A DNA stretch of 64,000 bases from the NCBI GenBank assembly GCA_964234715.1, contig OZ174286.1; one strand, 5' to 3'. The notes under the pieces are model-generated. The model was not told the origin of the DNA. It searched no databases and saw nothing but the letters and a program-made list of their open reading frames with translations. Positions 52,101 to 58,100 of the stretch are shown here, piece by piece. Position 1 is the first letter of the stretch. Each line of letters begins with the position of its first letter. Source of the DNA: Podarcis melisellensis. Taxonomy: Eukaryota. The translations under genes were made by a program, and so were the position numbers.

Positions 52101-55100
52101 CATCCTCCCCCCAAAAATCAAAATGCAGCAAGACATGACACATACCCCTTTATTAATGACCAACATAATATGATGTCTTCTGTTTTTAGGTATATGTGGC
52201 TGCTTTTGCCGTATCTGCTTATGCATCCAGTTACTACAGAGCTGGAAGTAAGCCTTTTAATCCTGTGCTTGGAGAAACCTACGAATGTATCCGAGAAGAT
52301 AAAGGCTTTCAGTTTTTTGCTGAACAGGTACTACTTTTCTGTTGTGGTCTAGGCTGAAAAGTTTGCTAGTTCTGATTATGTGGCAGGAGGTTAATTTTAT
52401 ACTGAATTGCTTCAGTTGACTTTTGCATGCGTACATAGCTTGAACTGAGATTGTTGAAAGCTGTGGAATAGCGTGGTTACTTTGAGGAACCACCTCCAAA
52501 GCCATATATTTTAGAGTGGGTGCCTGGCACCTTAGTGTTTTCTTTGCACTCGCTATAATATTTCACTTTTACCACTGCCCTGTGTATCCAGATGCCAAGT
52601 GAATTATATCCCTTAGTTTCCTGGCAGTAACTATACATAAACTTGATACAAAACAGCACAGGCTCCACTTTAAAGTGAAAAGCAAAATTAATCATATTTT
52701 AAATGACTACAGTATAAATAGATGGTTATGTTAGCTTGTACTTTATGCTGAGCTTGGTTGCTATTTCTTGTAGCTCAGAAATGTTACTGTTTCTTTTCCG
52801 TTATTTAAATCTGTAGCAAATTTCCGTAAACCACTCCAACCCGATTAAACACTTCTCAGTCTAGAGACTATATTTCTCTAAGGTGAGACAGAAATGAACT
52901 TCAAAAGGGCACATTATTACTCAACAGGAAATACTTCACTTTTTCTCAGGCCTGATCCTTATCGTGTACAAAATAACACCCTCTAACAATAGCTCTGACT
53001 GGAAACCAAACTTGATGTTCAACTGCCTTCTTTTGTTATTTGTGTTTCCCTGCATCTTTATTTTATTTTATTTTTGGATTTATTTTATTTTTTTGGATTT
53101 TATTTCTTTGCAAGTGACTTGATTTAAGACAGTTTATATACCGACATTTATTTGTTTTTATTATTTATTTTAAAAAACAACAGTCCTCATTAACAAATTA
53201 GTGTTAATCGCTTTACACCTGCTCTTCTGGGTTGTTTTTCTAAAACATTTTTTTAAAAAATGTTTCGTTCTCCATATCCAACACTGGTTTTGCTATCGCA
53301 AGCTCCCTCTTGTGGTCAGTGCTGTGCTTAAAATAAAATGAAACTATTAAAATAATTCATGAGAGAGGAATGGAAGTCATTAAAAAAAAAAAAAACCTGT
53401 AGCTGTAACGGAAACTTTTCCCTTCCTCTTAGGTCAGTCACCACCCACCTATATCTGCATGCCATGCTGAATCTGATAACTTTGTGTTTTGGCAAGGTAA
53501 TTTTTTAGCTTATTCTCTCTGGTTTTTACTTGACTATGAAGGAAATCTATAAGCTCAAGCTTTAGTGGCAGATGTTAGGGCAGCTTCAGATGTTGTGCTG
53601 GCCGTGCCAAAGCATCTCTTTGTAGGCATTATGGGGAAGCATAGACATTGACATAACAAACATATGTCTCCTCAACCTTGGCTAACCTCAACCAGCCTTC
53701 ACCAACCTGGTGTCTTCCAGATTTTCTGGGCTGTAGCTCCCATCAGCGATGCTGGCTGGGGCTGATGGGAGTTGTAGCCCAGAACATCTGGAGGACATAA
53801 GGTCGGCAGCCTTGGACCTTAGGATTTAGTGAACCATCTGTAATTGAAACAGCTTGATGTAGCCAGTTTGGAGGGCAGTGTTGTTTTAGAAATGGCTGCT
53901 TACCGCCTTCCCAGTAAGCGGTGGTTGTGGCACCAGCCGGGTCCCCTCGCTGCACGACGCCATCTTTGCGGCCGTTGCTGCGTCCCCTCGTATGGTGCGG
54001 GGGTCCATGGGTTCCCGCGAGGACCCTCAATTCAAATAGGCCAATCTGCGGCATCTCAGAGGGGCAGGGCTTGGGGAGCGGACCTGGCTGAAGCAGGCTT
54101 CACTCAGGTCCACTTCCCACCTATTTATCTCGGCTGGCCCTGCTTGCAGCAGCACAGTCGGCTGGGAGCATCACATTTGTAGTGTTCATTCATTTAGCCC
54201 TCTCTAGCCAGGTGCATCTGGGCAAGGGGACTCTGTAGCTGGGCACGCAAGGCAATTGATATCATCTTGCTACCATAGACTTGAAACTGGTCTGTGGTAT
54301 CAATACTACTCTACAATAATAGCATATACAGTGGTACCTCAGGTTACATACGCTTCAGGTTACATACGCTTCAAGTTACAGACTCCGCTAACCCAGAAAT
54401 AGTGCTTCAGGTTAAGAACTTTGTTTCAGGGTAAGAACAGAAATCGTGCTCCGGTGGTGCGGTGGCAGCAGGAGGCCCCATTAGCTAAAGTGGTGCTTCA
54501 GCTTAAGAACAGTTTCAGGTTAAGAACATACCTCCGGAACAAATTAAGTACTTAACCCGAGGTACCACTGTATAAGTGGGGGGGGTTTTTTTGTGTGTGT
54601 GTCTTTTTAAACACACACAGAAACAATGTAATAATGGGATTTTACAACATTTTTTGAACAAACCAATAGGAAAACGAATTCTTGCTCTATCGAGTTTACA
54701 TTTGAACAGCCCTGAGTGGGTTTCACGCAGGGAAACGAATGCAAGGACAGTTGGCTTATGCTTAAGTCTTCTGGAAACCTCCACTACTTAAGAGACTGAA
54801 GGATTGTATTCTCTGCTTGTCATAAATGTTTCAGATGACTTCGTTGTCTAAAACAAGAGTCCGGTTCCAATCTCCAAAGAGGAAAAATTAAAGCATCTAG
54901 CCAAATATGCTGTGGTTATACGAACTGCCATGATTTAGGAATCATGATATGTTTGCTTTAAGCATCTTAAGTCAGTATAACTATTTGTCACCAGGCTGAG
55001 TTTTGTCCTGGTTATATTCAGCCCCATTTGAAGCTTAGGAGCTGTGATGTTACGGTAGTGAAATACGAGATTTCACTATAGACTTACATCTGACTGCAAA

Positions 55101-58100
55101 TCTGTAAATGAGCAATGGAATGTATACTGGCCATAGTTTTGTGCAAAGTGAATGAGCCGCAGCTAATTTCAGGCTCACACACTCCTCTATCCTCCTTCAG
55201 TGTGGCTTGTTCAGATTTGGGTGAAGCATGGTCTGTTGTGTTGTCTGTGTGGTTCACTTTAGTTATGATTCATTTCAAACAGGTCACTTCCAACCATGGT
55301 TCCTGAAGCTTCTTGTTTAAAGTAACCATTGTTATTGTCAGCCACAGTTTCAGGGCTGCACGATACACCAAGCTGTAGTTAACTAAAAGTGAACACAAAA
55401 GCTTCCAAAGTCATCATCATGGGTGACTGGGAGCATAAGAGAGAATCCATGAGCTCCATGTTTAGTGTGATTGCTCACATACCGCTAAACCATGGTTTAG
55501 TATGACATTCAAACGCAGCCACTGTTTGATACCTTTGTCAATTTATTGATGGTCTCAGGCTTAAAGTATAACATTTAGTAAACAATTCAGCTCAACAATA
55601 GCAATATGTGTTTGGTGTTAAGGATGTACTTAGTTTATTACTGACTTTTTAATTGATTTTTTTTTTTTTAATTTCAGATATCAGATGGAAAAACAAATTC
55701 TGGGGGAAATCCATGGAAATCGTGCCAGTTGGTACAACACATGTAATTTTGCCAGCGTAAGTTCTATAATTGTATGCGGGCTATAGTTCACGTTTTGCAG
55801 CTCTGGGGTTGTCAAAACTCCTTTGGCACAAAAATCTCCATATTTTTTCACTTTCCGTAACCGAGCAAATCATATGATGCCATAGAGAGAGAATTATGTG
55901 CATAACATGTATACCAGATACCTGCTATCAGAAATTCTTTTAACTAGGAATACCTTTGGACTGAACCTGGGACATACCATTATGGGCTCAACATTCTGTC
56001 ACTTATAAAAATTTCACCTGTTGAGCCAACAGCTTAAAATTTATCATCCCATGATCAAAGTTTCTGAATGTGGCAAATTCAGACTGATCTGATTGCAACA
56101 GGTTTATTGGTTTTAAATTGGCTACAAATTGACCCTTTTTTAAACAGGCTTATCATATATTTCTTTCCAATTTTGATGAAAACTATAAATGCACTTTATT
56201 AAGGTTTATTGAGGAAGGCCATTGAAGATCTGTGCAGCCGTTGAAAAGTTGTTAAAGCTTATGGCAGCAACTACATGCAAAATAAGGGGTTGTGTATGCA
56301 GTTGAGTTCCGAAGGGGAAATTCTGCTAGCACTCCCAATATTTGCTGAGAGCGCCACCGTGTGGATGCCATGTGCAATGCCTATTCCTTTCATGCCTATT
56401 CCTTTATGTGTATGGCAGCGTGCTGTAATGATTAGGAGATGCAGTCGCTAACCATGTGCACAATTGGAAATCTAAGAAACGGTTCTGGGCAGCACATACC
56501 ACAACCCCCAACACGCGAACACGTTGTGACCTTCATCATAACCCCACTGCCCACTTGCACTGCCATTCCCTGTGCTCCTGCACTGACACAAGCATGAGTC
56601 AATTCTAAGGAGGATTCCTCCAGGAATACAATAAAATTCAGATGCTTCAAAAGGCAATTCAGAGCCACGTATTTTACCTCTTTTAGCATCTGTTGTTTTT
56701 ATTAATCTTTTGGATTTTTAAAAATACCTGTTCTGTTTTTATTGAGAAATTTAATGTTTTATATTTTTGCAAACCAGGTTTTCTTAGAATCAAGTGGTAT
56801 ATAAATTTTGCTAAATAAGATAAATACCAGTAAATTTGTGCAAGTTTTCTAACTCGGTGAGATATTTTCTCCCTTTGCTTTGTCTCTGCTTTTCTTGAAA
56901 GGAATCAAAATTGGATATTCAGGGTGTTTGAGATGAACGTTTTAAGTCAAACCATTGATTTTGTTAACTAATACTTTATTACAACATGAAATCACAGTCC
57001 TCTGTTTTCTTCTAGCTATAACGACCATTATGAATGGAATAAGGTGACATCTTGCATTCATAATATATTAAGTGGACAGCGGTGGATAGAACACTATGGG
57101 GAGATCATAATCAAGAATCTGAATGACCACAGCTGTCTCTGCAAACTTACTTTTGTAAAGGTAATATTAACATTACCTTGGATGTTCTCAAGAGTCTGTG
57201 CCATTTAATTTAAAAAGTCAGTAAGTTTACTAACAGAATTTCCTGGGCAATGAGAATGTTGAATAATATCCTGAAGTTGTAAGCTTACGTAGTCATTTCT
57301 GGGCATATCTATAGGAACATTTTTTTTCCTGATCTTTTGAAGTGATTTTGGTTTTGCTCATTTTATCTCCAGACAAAATACTGGAATCACAATGTACATG
57401 AGATTGAAGGAAATGTTTTGGACAAAAATGGGAAAGTAGTACATCGTATTTTTGGGAAATGGCATGAGAATATATACTGCGGAACACCATCTTCGCCAAA
57501 GTGCATCTGGAGAGCAAGTTAGTGACCAATCAACCATTTTATTTTTATGCACATATAAAGTATTTGCACTCCCTGCCTATGCTCTTCTATTGACTGCTAC
57601 CTGCCACAATCTTAAGTTTCAGTACATTTTACTATAGTTCTTTACCATGCTATATACTATGGATGGAGTCTTGTAATGGATAAATCTATAATAATTCACT
57701 ATAAATGACTGTCTAGATAGGCCACATTTAAGACATTGGCCATATGCAGATAATGCTCAACCATGGCAAATAGTTCAACTGCATCCATGGTTAAGGGTTA
57801 TCTTCAAACCAAAGCATAGCAGTTGAAAACAAAACAGGAGTGGAAAACAAAAATAAAATTGGGTTTTAAAAGTGGCATAGAATAAAACCACAGAGACACA
57901 TAAAATCCATTGTTGTTAATTTTAAAAAACTTGTAGAAAGGCCTCTTGATGTCTAAATTACTGTAACCAATTTTGTCTGGCATACAAATGGAGGGAGTTC
58001 AGAGACTGGGGTGTTGCCACAGATATGATGTATGTAATCATTGCTCTTAAGTCATGAAATTATGAATAGATTTGGGCTGGAGAAAATAATCAAATCCATT

